A stretch of DNA of 64,000 nt, taken from positions 14,942,001 through 15,006,000 of the forward strand of contig NC_134472.1 in the NCBI RefSeq assembly GCF_964194025.1, written 5' to 3'. Positions 27,347 through 40,400 of the stretch are shown one piece after another. The notes under the pieces are model-generated. The model was not told the origin of the DNA. It searched no databases and saw only the letters and a list, made by a program, of their open reading frames with translations. The translations under genes and the position numbers were made by a program. This stretch comes from Convolutriloba macropyga (taxonomy: Eukaryota). Every line of letters starts with the position of its first letter. Position 1 is the first letter of the stretch.

Positions 27347-28932
27347 GTTTTTCAAAATTATCAAATGATTTTTATCAAAAACTATGCGTTGCAAAAATCT
27401 ACAGAACTTTGGATGGAACCTCATTATCATAAGACGCTGTAAACAACACAAGGTAATTGTCGAAACACAAAGTGAAGACAGAGCGAACAGTTTGCACAAC
27501 TGATAATCTCATTGTATTGACTAAACGCATGAGTGAATAATTCCAGTGGTGAGACAAAATTGAACCTGCCTGCCTTCATATAGAAAAAGCCTGCAATGCA
27601 GTCAGAAGACCAGACATGATTTAAAAACTATGTAAAATTGAATAACAGATGATATTTTTTGGATAAGAAAACGTACTCATTTCTCAAAATTGTTTTTATT
27701 AGGGTCAGAAAACAAGAAGAAGCGGCTTTCAACCAAACAATTGGTGTCGCTCAGGGGCGCCTTGAGGTGGCTTCCTAATTTATGTCGCAGACCTACCAAA
27801 CACTGCAGCTGAAATCTCAATACATTGTGATAACTTTGGGATGTATTTCAGATCACTGTTCAGTCAAATTATACAAGCCAAGCTTCAAAAATCACTAGAC
27901 AATAATGTTAAAATATGTGACAGGCTCGAGATCAAAAGAAACTGCACCAAAACGATGTTACTCTCTCAAAAATCACATTGAAAAAGCAAAGTGTTTTTTA
28001 TCTGCATATTAGTAAGAATTTTTGTATCCAAAACGATCAGATTTTTTGGAATGACAGTGATACAACACCTCAAATGAAGTAAAAACTGTTTAAAGATTGT
28101 AGCCAGAGCAAACGAGTGAAAATTCAATCTGTTGCTTCTTGAAAACTGGCTTCTTGAAAACTGAACAGGAAAACCTAATTTTGTACATGTCAAGGGTTAT
28201 GACTAGATACGTTTTTATAAGCCAACGACTAGTGGCTTTCTAATTTGCAGCAGTTCTATAAAACTTGCAAACAAAACAAAAGAAATACTCAGAAAGTTTT
28301 GAAAATCCGCTCTATACAAAGTTCATCAGCTATATTAAGAAAGACATTTTGCAAGCATAAAAAACTTCGCATCCGATTGGTAAAAGACACAGTCAAGCAA
28401 CCAAAACTGAACAAAACAGCATAAATTTTAAATAGCAACGGCAGAAATCCGACGTGCAAACGATCTTGCAAAAGCACATCAGACCTTGACGTTGGGCGAA
28501 TGAAAAAACCGAATTCAATACTTCCAAAGACACTTTTGTTTTGTTCATATCTATTCTCTAAAAACCAGAGATCATCTAATATGTCCCAGAAAATCCTTTG
28601 GATCAGAAATGGATCAGAAATCCTTTTATCAAGTCTGGGATCATCAGGTTGCCTAATCTTCATATCCGAATTTGCCGCCGCTTCCTAGGCTTTAACTTTC
28701 ATTTTTGGCGTCTACAAGCTCAATAAACTTCCTCCATTATATCTGCGATCAAACCTTCTCTGAGGACTCTTCTAATGAACAATTTTACGGCAATCTTCTG
28801 CCTCATTTTGGATACAGCCAAAAAACAAATAAACCGATTCACACCGTGTGAAAACACCACCTCTCGCGGAGGGCTTTTTCGTGTATTGCGCATCCACATC
28901 ATTATATTCTCCTCAGTAATGAAATCTGAGAC

Positions 28933-29970
28933 AAAAAAAACATAGCAGCGCAAGTCCTGACGTACAATTCAAAAAATTTTCATTGACTAAACAGAAAAAG
29001 TTGACCTAGAATTGACTATGAGTGCATTGAGAAAAACATTTTAAAAAAATCAGATAAAAAGAATAAGAAAGAAAAACAGAAAATCAACGTCAAAAAGCCG
29101 CATGTGAACAAAGAAACCACTAGCGAGATATGAAAATTTAATTCAAACAAAAAACTAGGCCTAGAGTGTGCTGTGAATGGATTGGCAAAACCATTTAGAA
29201 GAAAATCTGATCCAAAAAATTGAAAAAACAGTAAAAAATCAGAGTGAAATTGCCGCATGTGAACAAAAAACCACTACCAAGAAACTGAATTTTTGTTCAA
29301 ACACCGTTTTCTCACTCTACTTTAAAATAAAAGCGAAAAAATTAACGCCGCAAAACCACTCGCTTTTTCGCTCCATTTCCTGTTTCGGCGTGACCAAAAT
29401 CACTACACCAATTTGACTTCAAAAATCATTAAAATGTGTAAACAGATCTTAAAAAAAACATAGCAGGACAAGTCCTGACGTACAATTCAAAGAATTTTCA
29501 TTGACTAAACAGAAAAACTAGACCTAGAATGGACTATGAGTGAATTGAGAAAACCCTTTTAAAAAAATCAGAAGCAAATTAAGAAAAAAAACAAAAAAAC
29601 TAAGTCAAAATGCCGCATGTGAACAAAAGAACCACTAGCGAGAAATGAAAATTTAATTCAAACAAAAAACTAGTCCTAGAATGGGCTGTGAATGGATTGG
29701 GAAAAACATTTAGAAAAAAATCCGATCCAAAAAAATTGAAAAAACAGTAAAAATCAGAGTGAAATTGCTGCATGTGAACAAAAAACCACTACCGAGAAAC
29801 CGAAGTTTTGTTCAAACACCATTTTCGCACTCTACTTTAAATTTAGAGCGAAAAAAATTCACGCCACAAAACCACTCTCTTCGCTCCATTTCCTGTTTCG
29901 GCGTGACCAAAATCACTACTTCAATTTGACTTCAAAAATCATGAAATTGTGTGAATAGATCTTAAACAAA
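28933..29970. repeat. Tandem duplication, about 518-bp unit x2
   Basis: catagcag..caagtcctgacgtacaattcaa at 28941 and 29459. The units align throughout. Each contains two gc(c)gcatgtgaacaaa..accacta subrepeats. Confidence 0.9.
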
Positions 29971-31388
29971 AAAGACAGCGCCCCAATACAATTCAAATTC
30001 TTTGAATTTTAAAAAAAGACAGCGCCCCAATACATTTCAAATTCTTTGAATTGTAAAAATTCTTTGAATTGTAATAAACATGACTTCCTGGTTTCTTTGA
30101 TTTCATATTTGAATCATGTTAAGAAGTCAAACAGTTTTTCGTAAAATTTCGCGATGGGAGAAATTGAGCATCTGTGAACAAATTTTGTTGATTTCATAGC
30201 CAAAAGTAAGCACACGAATGCGAGTTTAAAACTTAGAATGGTTTCGTTTGTAAGCCATTGCAATAACTGCTTACGATGATTCCAATCGGATAGTTGAAAA
30301 AATACTAATTATATATATTGAAACGGTTCCAAAAAGTTGAGTTCATAATATATGATGATGCAATATATTTTCTCTCAGATCTCAAGACGTATGCATTCAA
30401 TTTTTCATTGTCTTACCTCTTCAAATCTTCCTTCTGAAGTTATGACAAAAGAAAACTTAAATTATAGAGGGAAAAACGAGTTTCGAGTCGGATGAACAGC
30501 AAAACATTCAGTTAGACCAAAATGATATAAAGGTGGTGCTATAAAGGTGGAGTATTAAAACTGCAGTGAAAACACAGTAAAACTAAGGATTCATTTGTTG
30601 ATTCAGAACTTTTGGGTGACAATTGGAAACTTTACACAAAACGCGAAAAGTCTCTTTTTCACCATTGTTTCGAATCAGATGCTTCATAGTGGATGAAAAA
30701 CTTTACTTGGTTAGAAAACGTGCCCAAAACATTCTGTGTGCATTCTGCCGTTCAAAAAACATGAACAGCAGAATGCATATGCTCTTTTTTTATTAGAATG
30801 CCTTTTAGCTTCTCAAACTTCAAAGGCAGCTCTTCGGAGAACTACAAGAGGCATATGTCGAGAGCAAATGAAGTTTCCCAGGTCGAGGTGTCCAGACCGA
30901 ATTGAGCTCTGATCAGACTATCTTCGAGCGCACACATAATCTCGGTGCGTTTGAATTACATGGTCTGGAAAAGGCTTCGAGCCCACTTTTGTCTCGTCAA
31001 TGGTATGGAACTTGGCTGATCACAGGCAGTTTCAGGCACACACTATTCTGATCAGAGGCCGATTCAAGCGCACACTTGTCTGATCATTGGCCAAGTCGAA
31101 CAACATTGAAAGTCTGATGGGGTTAACCAGAACCAAACCGTCCAGCTGATAGCAACTGCCGGTCCCCTTATAAAAAGATTTGGAATTACTGTAGATAACG
31201 ACGTTTTTATGCAAAGCTATGTAAGTTAATCTATTCAGCTAAAAAACACGAATTAATGGTTTTGCTCAATACTTTTTACAGCACTTGGGCTTTCTTTTCA
31301 TAAGCAATTCTTTTAGAATGGGCTTTTCGTACTTTGAATATATGGTTGGAAACACCAATTTTCATGAAAAGAACATATTATAGTTATA

Positions 31389-34300
31389 TAATAATAATAA
31401 TAATAATAATATTGAATTCAACCAAACATGGTTACAACCAGCTTGGTAGTCCCCAGATTAGGGGAGAAATCAAGTTTCAATAATTAAATTTTCTCGAAAA
31501 CTTTCCATCCTGAAGGGTAACTTTTATAATTGAATCTTTTCAATGCCTCCCCTTCCAAAAAGTTCTTCAATTCTCTTCGAAACTGACATGGATTTTTGTG
31601 TGGTGAATAGTTAGCGAAACTGTTAAGTTGAGACAAAGAATTATTGAATCGGACTACTCTATTAAAGTAATTATTTTCAGAACGTTTCCGAAATGTTTTT
31701 CTCGCTTCAATAAAAATCTTTTCGCTTGATCTGGTCTTTGGACAACCGAAAGTTATTGACCAGTGGACTGACGCATTCATCGAAGTTAAGCCCAATAAAA
31801 TCTTGTTAAGCAGAATTAGGTCGTTAAGAATTAGAAAATAACTGACTGGCAATAGGCGATTTCGAATTAGGCTCTCAACGTATTCTTTGTCACCCAGAAC
31901 AGAACGGCAAGTTATCCATTTTAAACATGATCTCTGCAGTCTTTCCAAGCGTTGAAGATACTGTGGTCCTGGGTTCCAGACATTTGACGCATAAAAGACC
32001 GCAGAGAATATATATGTTTTCACCAACGTGCATTTGACAGTTTCTTTTGTGGTGCGGGGTATAACTCTTCTTAAATGATTCAGTTTTTGAAAACCTTTCT
32101 TTACCGCCATTTCGAGGTGACAATTCCAAGTCATGCTGGCCGTGAAAATTAATCCGAGATCTTTAATTTGTTTTTCATTTTTGATGGCAATTCCTTTTGC
32201 AAATAACTCTGTAGACGAATTATATGTATTTTTGTATGAGAACTCGAGAATGCTGAATTTGTCAAAATTGAAATTTAGTTTGTTTGAACCAGACCATTCG
32301 ATAGCTCTATTTATATCAAACTGAAGTTCTTCACGTTCTGAAATCTGTCCTATTATTTTCGTATCATCGGCATAAAGGAATGTTTTATTATTAAGTTGAT
32401 CAGGTAGGTCGTTTATGTACACGGAGAACAAAAACACAGCAAATATTGATCCCTGGGGACCCCCGCTTGAGATTTTTGAGAAAGTCGAGTAACTGTCTGC
32501 AATTTTTACTCTCTGCTGCCGATCAACCAGATAGGAAGCAAAAAATTTCAAAAACTTTTCATCAAACCCAAAACGAGCGAGCTTTTGAAGCACAATGTAA
32601 AAATTAATCGTATCAAAAGCTTTCGCAATGTCCAAGTAAACTGTTATCGGGGTTGAATTTTCGTCTAAAGCTTGACATAAGTTATCACAATATAGTAACA
32701 ATTGGGTAACTGTTGAATGTTTTTGCCGAAAACCATGTTGAGCAGTGCAAAGCTTCCTTTCGAATGTCTTCTTAATTTGTTTGTACACTATTCTTTCAAA
32801 AACTATAGAAATTGCACAGAGCATTGCAATCGGTCTGTAGTTTTTAATTTCCATTTTGCTACCATTTTTGTGATGAGGACGCACGTGTGTGTTTTTCCAG
32901 ACTTTGGGAAATTGGCAAGCGTTAATAATGCAGCTAAATATATACAAGATACTATTTATAACGTACGGCGCAGAAGCTTTAAGGAGTGATGGTGTTATTT
33001 GATCAAAAGAGTTGGCACCACATTTAGTTTGTGATATTTCATCTAGCACATCTTTTGCGTTGAATGTGATATCGTCTAGAAAGATCTCTGGTTGAGCTGT
33101 TTCAGGCACAACAATGTCAGAATTATCTTCGATAAATACTGAAGAAAAATGCTCGTTGAAACTTTCCGCAATTTGCTGAGAACCCATTATATCTTGGCCT
33201 CGGTATTTCATTTTCTCGGGGAAAGTTTGTTCTTGGTTTAGTCTTCGCAAAAATTTGTATGCATCATTGTTTGTTGAAATACAGAAACCCTCAATAAAAT
33301 ATTGTTTGTCCTTAAGCAAGGATAAATTTAACTCCATCTCTAAACTTCTAATTTCCTCTGCTCTTTTGTTTGTTTTCCTTAGCGTCTTCAGCTTGTTTTC
33401 TATGTGTACACTATGGGAAGACATATACGATGGTGCGTCAAGCCGGCGTTTTGTTATACGAGGTATTGACTTTTCACAAGCATTGTAGAAACTCTGATAA
33501 AAGCAATGTAGCAAGTCATTGGGAGATCTGTTTGACATAGTGGGGATTTCAAAATGAGAGATGAATAAGTGCCAATCAGCCTTGTTGATGTTGAGTTTCT
33601 GGAAGAGAGGCTTTTGTTCTTTTCTTGTGAGTCTGACAGAAATTTCTGCTATGAACAATTTGTGATCTGAGAAGGAATTAGCCTCAACCACGAGATTACA
33701 TTGCTCCAGATTATTGCATAAAAAGATGTCGGGACAACAGCTGGAGTTGAGGATTGAGCAAAGGTTCAGAGCATCTATTTCTTTCATGAAATCTTTTTCA
33801 TATTCATTACTACTAGAAAGTGTATTCCAGTCAGCATGTGAAAAATTAATATCACCATTCATAATTATCAGTTTTTTCTGAGTACTGGAGTCAAAAAGCG
33901 ACTTCAATTTAAATAATGCTATACTTATTGAACTTCGTAAATCTGTATCAGAAACCCGGTATTTGCTGTTTTGTGGAGGGTTATACAAGGTGATGATTAT
34001 TAATACAATGTCGTTCAGAAAATAAACAGAACATGACAAAAAATCAAAGTTTGTTTCAATTTCTGCTGCTTTATTGAAACAAAGATTTGTTTTGTGAGCT
34101 ATAAGAGTACCACCGTGAGTTCCAACTTTTCTATCTTTTCTGGACTGCACGAAATATTGCCGATTTAGGAAAATTTCTGAATTTCTTACTTCATCTGTAA
34201 GCCATGTTTCAGTTAAGCAAAGTATGTCAATATCATGTTCCCTTAGTAAAATATCGAGATTCATTCTGCGATCAATTGTTAAAATTGACCGGCAGTTCAA

Positions 34301-34440
34301 TAAACCTATCTTCAGTACTTGTTTTTCCTCTAGTCATGATCGTGAATTTGTTTGATGGCCTATCTTCTGACATGTCTCTTCTACTGAGAGAGTTATGTCT
34401 ACGAGCTGGTTTATGAGAGATATGTTTATGTTCAAAATCG
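31389..34440 (-). mobile_element. 5'-truncated non-LTR retrotransposon (CR1/L2 group)
   Basis: APE + RT ORF, short 3' UTR with a CCCC-taatct-GGGG hairpin, and an (ATT)n tail at 31389-31411. The last codons of a probable ORF1 lie at 34337-34440. Confidence 0.92.
31484..34333 (-). CDS. LINE ORF2: AP endonuclease + reverse transcriptase (uninterrupted)
   Basis: NCRS, LTETWL, YNPP, GDIN, SDH (APE); NYRPI, QHGF, LDIAKAFD, PQGS, YADD (RT). The frame is open from the stop at 34334-34336. Confidence 0.95.
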   Translation of the reverse strand, partial: LEEKQVLKIGLLNCRSILTIDRRMNLDILLREHDIDILCLTETWLTDEVRNSEIFLNRQYFVQSRKDRKVGTHGGTLIAHKTNLCFNKAAEIETNFDFLSCSVYFLNDIVLIIITLYNPPQNSKYRVSDTDLRSSISIALFKLKSLFDSSTQKKLIIMNGDINFSHADWNTLSSSNEYEKDFMKEIDALNLCSILNSSCCPDIFLCNNLEQCNLVVEANSFSDHKLFIAEISVRLTRKEQKPLFQKLNINKADWHLFISHFEIPTMSNRSPNDLLHCFYQSFYNACEKSIPRITKRRLDAPSYMSSHSVHIENKLKTLRKTNKRAEEIRSLEMELNLSLLKDKQYFIEGFCISTNNDAYKFLRRLNQEQTFPEKMKYRGQDIMGSQQIAESFNEHFSSVFIEDNSDIVVPETAQPEIFLDDITFNAKDVLDEISQTKCGANSFDQITPSLLKASAPYVINSILYIFSCIINACQFPKVWKNTHVRPHHKNGSKMEIKNYRPIAMLCAISIVFERIVYKQIKKTFERKLCTAQHGFRQKHSTVTQLLLYCDNLCQALDENSTPITVYLDIAKAFDTINFYIVLQKLARFGFDEKFLKFFASYLVDRQQRVKIADSYSTFSKISSGGPQGSIFAVFLFSVYINDLPDQLNNKTFLYADDTKIIGQISEREELQFDINRAIEWSGSNKLNFNFDKFSILEFSYKNTYNSSTELFAKGIAIKNEKQIKDLGLIFTASMTWNCHLEMAVKKGFQKLNHLRRVIPRTTKETVKCTLVKTYIFSAVFYASNVWNPGPQYLQRLERLQRSCLKWITCRSVLGDKEYVESLIRNRLLPVSYFLILNDLILLNKILLGLTSMNASVHWSITFGCPKTRSSEKIFIEARKTFRKRSENNYFNRVVRFNNSLSQLNSFANYSPHKNPCQFRRELKNFLEGEALKRFNYKSYPSGWKVFEKI

Positions 34441-37400
34441 TTCTCTGATCAGACTATTTGGAACGCACTTTAGTCTACCAAAAGGCAACTTCGAGCGCAC
34501 TTTAGTACAATCAGAGGCGATATCGAGCGCACATTAGTCTGATCATAGGCAATTTCAAGCGCACTTCAATCTGATCAGAGGCAGGCAATCTCGAGTTCAC
34601 TTCTTTCTGATCAGTGGCGGATTCCAGCGCACACTAGTCTGATCAGGGATGGTGAGTTGGTGACTTTTGAGCGCACAATAGTCTCATAGAGGACAATTTA
34701 GTCTGTCGGTTGGTCAGATCAGAGGTCGCTTTTGTCTGATACGGTCTAATCAGAGGCCATTTTGGTCCGGACCTCAACCTGGGTTAGGTTGACTCTGCTT
34801 GAAGTCACTGAGAACTTCTGGTGGTTATCGAGAACCGTATAACGGTACAAGATCTTAGGTCACAACTTCAAAGTGACGTCTGAACAATCAAGTAAGGCAA
34901 CTTGCTCGTCAAAGAAAGTCAATTTTTGCCGCAAGTCAATGAAAGTCAATTTCTGGGTATGCATTTTAAAACGTGCATATGCCTGTTTTAACTACCTTTT
35001 CAAAGGAATTTTTAATTGAAAAGAACAAAAAAAAGTTGTTTCAGCTATGCAACTATATTTCACTCCGAGTTTCGATTAATTTCAAAAACATTCGGCTATT
35101 GTCTTGCTCAACCTGGGTGAAATCGGGAGTTGGGAGGAGAAAGAGTCATACCCGCATTTCCATAAGTCGGCCACTGCGCTATTCTTTCTAGATAGTAAGC
35201 AATCGCCGTGATTTTGAGATCAAGAATCAGCCCTGCGCGAGCTTCAATACAGTCCACTAAAAATGGTAAGTTCATCATTTGGGATATCATAAAACTCACC
35301 AAAATATAAACATAAGAACCTAAAAAAAATTAATGTTTAATGTTTTTCGTTGTGCAGTGACCTCAGTTCGATTAGACTTTGTTATCGAATCAATTAGAGT
35401 GAAATTCTAATCTAGCGCAGTATAATTCTTTAAAAATCTCTTCGAGATTCCGCATTATCTCGCCCATTGAGATTTTAATAGTTGTTAATCAGCAGTTAAT
35501 TTTTCTACCAGCAATTAATTATCCGAGCAGTCACTTTTTCATTAAGTTTTTTTTCAAATCAACATCAGTAATATATTAAAATCTTTTGCGGAAATCTACA
35601 TTCTACCGGTACCAAATTTTTTATTAAATTTACTCGTTTTTATTGCCAGATTTCACTTTTCCCATGTTAATACATTGTGCGTGTGAAACATACTTTCAAA
35701 CTTTGTGAACGAAAAGCGGTTCCTTATATGAAAATTCTTGTCAGTGTTTTTCACTTCTAAACTGGAATTTGAAAAAAGAAAATTGTTTTCCACCGCAAAA
35801 TATGTTTGACTGAAGCTCGTTGCGCAAAAAGTTTTGCCACCGAATAATTGCAGTACATTCCCTCATTTTAAAGTTGTTAAAACATACCATCGAAACATTG
35901 AGCGGCAAAAGTATTACAAGGATTACAATTTTGTGAAATGCACCTGCAGACGAACTTAAGCAAAAGCGCAACCCATAGTCTTTAGAATTAGTGTCAATTT
36001 TTTGCCAGTAGATGCTCGTAATGAAAACCTTGCAAAATTCAACCGATGAGCTGAATGGTCACAATTAACGTATGCTATACCACCATTTTGTTCAGTCAGC
36101 TCAAGCAAAAATGTGTGATTCTGTCTCTAGAAATTGTAAGCGCTTGACTTGGTCGATAAAAACAAGTATGGCACATTTCGCACATTTTTTTACGAGTATA
36201 GAGATTTATTTATTGCATCAAAAAATATCGTTTCAAACATGATCAGTGGTTTTCGCAACAATTTTTATCATTTCGAAGTTCTAGTGAAAGAAAAGGCAAA
36301 ATACCATCATTTTGGCAATAAGGTTTTTACTCAACATGTTTTCTTGGCCTTTATAAGAGCGTTAGACGTCCTTTTTAGATGCAAATTATCGGCATGTCGC
36401 AGCTTGGAATTTTTATTTAAGAAATTGTTGCTCACCATTCAGCAACTATTTTCTGATTGAGGGATTCCTTTCATGATCTCACTCACTGGGTCAACATCTT
36501 TTTTAAAATTTTAGCGACATTTTTTATTTAATTATGTTTTAATAGGTTCTGAAAAATTTATATAGATAGATGAGCTAGGAATAAAAGGAGCATAAAGTTT
36601 CATACTGTCTCACCAAAAGTTGTTTTAATTGTATTAAATAGGATGTTAGCCACAATTAGAAATATTTTTAAAAATATGCTTTATGTCAAATTTTCAGCTA
36701 TTTGTTACAGATTTGGTTAGCAATAAAATTTGGGTGAAGAAAAAAACGCAGTTAGAGTGGAATGTAAAAGATGCATTTAATTTTACGTAAATTTTACCAC
36801 TTTTGCTGGCCAATAAGTTAAATTCTTTAACCATAATGTAGTAGATTTTATCTCTGAGGATAAACAATTGTTAATGAACTCTTTGATCCAAATCTTGAGC
36901 TAAAATTTTTGCAAAAACTATTTAAATTTCATTTTTTTTCATCAAAAATGTCACGAAATAATCTTATTTAGTCCACTTCGTTTAAATTTGCCATATTAAC
37001 ACACCTAAAAGCTACTGAAAAAAAAAATTAACCCGCGATAATTATCCAAAAGGAATCATTTATTTCTGATATATGGATTTTTTTTGTCAAATATTTTAAA
37101 CCCATTACAATTACGTATTCCGAAAAGAGACCTATCTTCCGGAAGATTTTTAAGGAAAACTATCAAGTTTTTCAGAAGCTTACGACCTTTATGACTTTTA
37201 AAGAACAAAAAAATATTTGATTTCAAACTAAACATGGGATTATTGAGCCTGTTGATTTTTTCTTTTTTTTTATTAGCTTGTGGCTTTAGATTATTAGAAT
37301 GGGCTATTAAAAATATTTTAAAATGAATTAAAATTTCAAAAAATTAACATTACTTTTAACTTTGCACTTTGCTATTCTTTTTTTGTCTGCTTCATGCCTA

Positions 37401-40400
37401 GTCATATTATTTAGAGACCGTGCATCACATTATTGGTGTTGACGAAAATTTAAAAAAATGTAATAATTAAATGAACAAATATAATGTGTTTTTTGCTTTT
37501 CTTATTTCTTTAACTTCATCGACACCGTTTTTTTTCAATTTATTAAATTAAATTTCAAATTTTGTCTACATTTGTCGTTTTTCGTCAATAAATGACATAT
37601 TATGAATAAAGCCAAATCTCATTTTTGTGGGGGGAAAATGGACCTAAAAATTGATTTCAAGTGACATCTAATGTTTTTATGACTTTGAAGTTCACTGTTT
37701 TCGAAAAACACAAATGTATTTTTTAATTTTGTTTTTTTTCCTCTTCATTTCAGTCTACATTTTACCTATCTCATGTCACATTATTGGTGTTCAAAGAAGG
37801 TGCAGTTTCTTGTATCTTGTTTTTTACGGAATAAATTACATTTATAGCGGCTTCGGAGCCGTTTTCTTGAAAAGCTTTAATGAATTTTTTTTGTATTTTG
37901 TCAGTTTTTGTCATTGTTTCTGTAGACGTACAACATTCTAGTGGCTTTATGATATCTTTCAGTGTCTACATTCGGAGGTATCAACGAACATTAAACTATG
38001 TGAAGATTTCAGTTGATATCAAAAGGTTTTTGTTATTTGAAGTAATTTGTTTACTAAAATTTTATACGTATTTTATAACTGTGCCGTTTTGTTCTTTTTT
38101 CTACTTGCGACCGAGTTTAGGTTTGATCTGGCGCTATTTTGATTCTATTCTTTTTTTCATAAAAGTAGACATTGAGTTTTGGATATTAAAAATGTTGTTA
38201 TTTGATTTCCATTTTTGGGTCTTGTCTCGTAGTCTCAAAAATGGCAGGTTTCGTTGGCCCACTGAAGTGGCATTGTTTACTTCACTATGGTATTTGATTT
38301 TTCTAATGGTGGTTTACGTATTTTGTGGAATCTTGACAATTTGAGACATTGCCGATGTCCTAACAAAAGATTTTCATATCCTATCACAAAAAGTTCACAA
38401 TTAATTTAAAAACTTACAGATAAAACCGATTAATATTGACATTTAATTTTAAGAATGAAATTTGAATCTGCACATTTAATTTGAAACAAATTAAAGCATT
38501 ATATTCGAAATCTACTCAACCACTGTGAGGTTATACATTTAAGAAATCGAAGATTAATTAGCTTGCAGTCTGATGCATTTTCAAAGCAAAACAATCAATG
38601 AATTTTGTAATTTCTGGCCTCACCGAACAAAAAGAAAAATAACAATGGTAACTGAAAATATGATGAACTTACAAATAAAAAGATTCCAAGTACTTGAGTA
38701 TCATTATTTCAGAGTGAAATGATATTATTATTATTGTATCACGCCTGATATATTTGAAGCAAATCGTACATGACTAAATTCGTCCTCGACAGAAAAATTT
38801 TGGTAAGTGCTCAATTTTATGTGAAAAATGGGAGATCCGGAAATTTTACTGAGTCTTGTAACTAAAAGTTTTAAATTTTTGTTAGATGTTAACACGGTTA
38901 AACGGTTAAACTAGAATAGGACTTAAAATGTGATGAACACCGCTCAATCAAAATATCTTATGAAGACACATTTTAATACGTTGAGTCAAAACCTGATAGT
39001 CATCTCAAGTTTATATGTGGAGCAGGGTTGCTGTTTGACTAAAAATCGTGGCGTCGGACTCAAAAATTTTTGAGCGCGCTCATTTAATATATACAACTAA
39101 TTTCTAATAATTCACGTTAATGAAAAGAAAACAACGATAACTGCACTCTTATTTCAAAGGTTTTAGGTTGATAACTTCACTCGAAGAAGTCTGAGAAACG
39201 GTCGCAGGCTCAGTTATGACAGTACACATTACTAAAGACACATTTGAATCCCCAAACTGCTCTCAACAATATAAAGTCAAGAAGAGATTGTTTTAACTGT
39301 GTTTAGTGAAACATCGCTTGTCTTACAGAGAAGACGGAGAAGTCAGAAAGAAAAGAGATTCTCCACTCTCTACACGCAGACTCACTTGTGCCTAACGATT
39401 CGAGCGAACTGGAGGCGGCCTGTCGCATGGACGTCTAAAGAACTGGTCTAATCAATGTCCTATTACAAATCCTCAAAGTTATGAAAACAAAAAAACCGGC
39501 GGTGGTGTAGATCTTTAGATAGCTACCATTGGGAGGGGCATCGTCAAAATTCAATTCTGTCCCGTCATCGTGCTTAATAACAGTGTTTGATCTAGTTCGT
39601 TTTGACACGTTGATGCACCAGACCGAAAGTTGGTATGTCAAAACCAATTCTAACAGAGGCGCAGAAGAGGTCGATGTCTTAACACAAATACCTTCATATC
39701 CAGAATATCTCACGTTTTTCAAAACATTCCTGTAATTCTGGACGTCTGATACATCCTGTTGATAATATTAATTAAGAAAAATACATCAAATAAAAAATAC
39801 CCACAAAAGGAATTAAGCCCCGCTTGACTGTTAAACAGCTGCTTAGCCTAATTAGCGCGTTACGCATTAGGTCAAACCTCGCGGGCTATGGTCATGCCTC
39901 AGTGATCCATTGCCCTTAATCACAACCCAGCAGATTATCACCTTAATCAAAACAAATTATCACGACGGCAGTTCGCTGTTAATATGGGTTTTTTCCTGGG
40001 GCATTATTTCTTAAGATCTCATCGTTGTAGGTAGAAAAAACAGGTTTGAACAGCGCGACAGTTTCAGAAACATTTTTTGAATGATAATTTTTTTCCATAT
40101 ATTCTGTGTTGGTGGATGTTTCATGTGCAAGACCTCTTTGGCTGCACAGCTCAATCTAGGTTATTTATATTTCTTGAGTCAAGAAATTCTAAAATTTATG
40201 TAAGCAATGCGCTGAAAAGCGCTGATTTTCCAAAAACATAAGCGCAAAAACATTACATATCAATGCGCTGAAAAGCTCTAAAACTTTGCGAGAACTGTGC
40301 TGAAAACCTCTGAATTTTTTTTTAAAATAGCGTTGACTGAGACTTGAACCCTACTCTCCGATGCCGCACACCTCAGTTTGTTCATCGCCTCAACTATTCT

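Larger units (their letters stand above)
30877..34783. mobile_element. Non-autonomous TIR element, TSD TT, with ctgatcagaggc..gagcgcacac arrays, interrupted by a LINE
   Basis: tt|cccaggtcgaggtgtccagacc ... ggtccggacctcaacctggg|tt. The same tandem motif occurs at 30900-31090 and 34440-34760. Confidence 0.82.

Noticed and set aside
37714-38344. Hydrophobic F/L/I-rich ORFs
   Set aside because: They are a compositional artefact of T-rich sequence and have no recognisable motifs.
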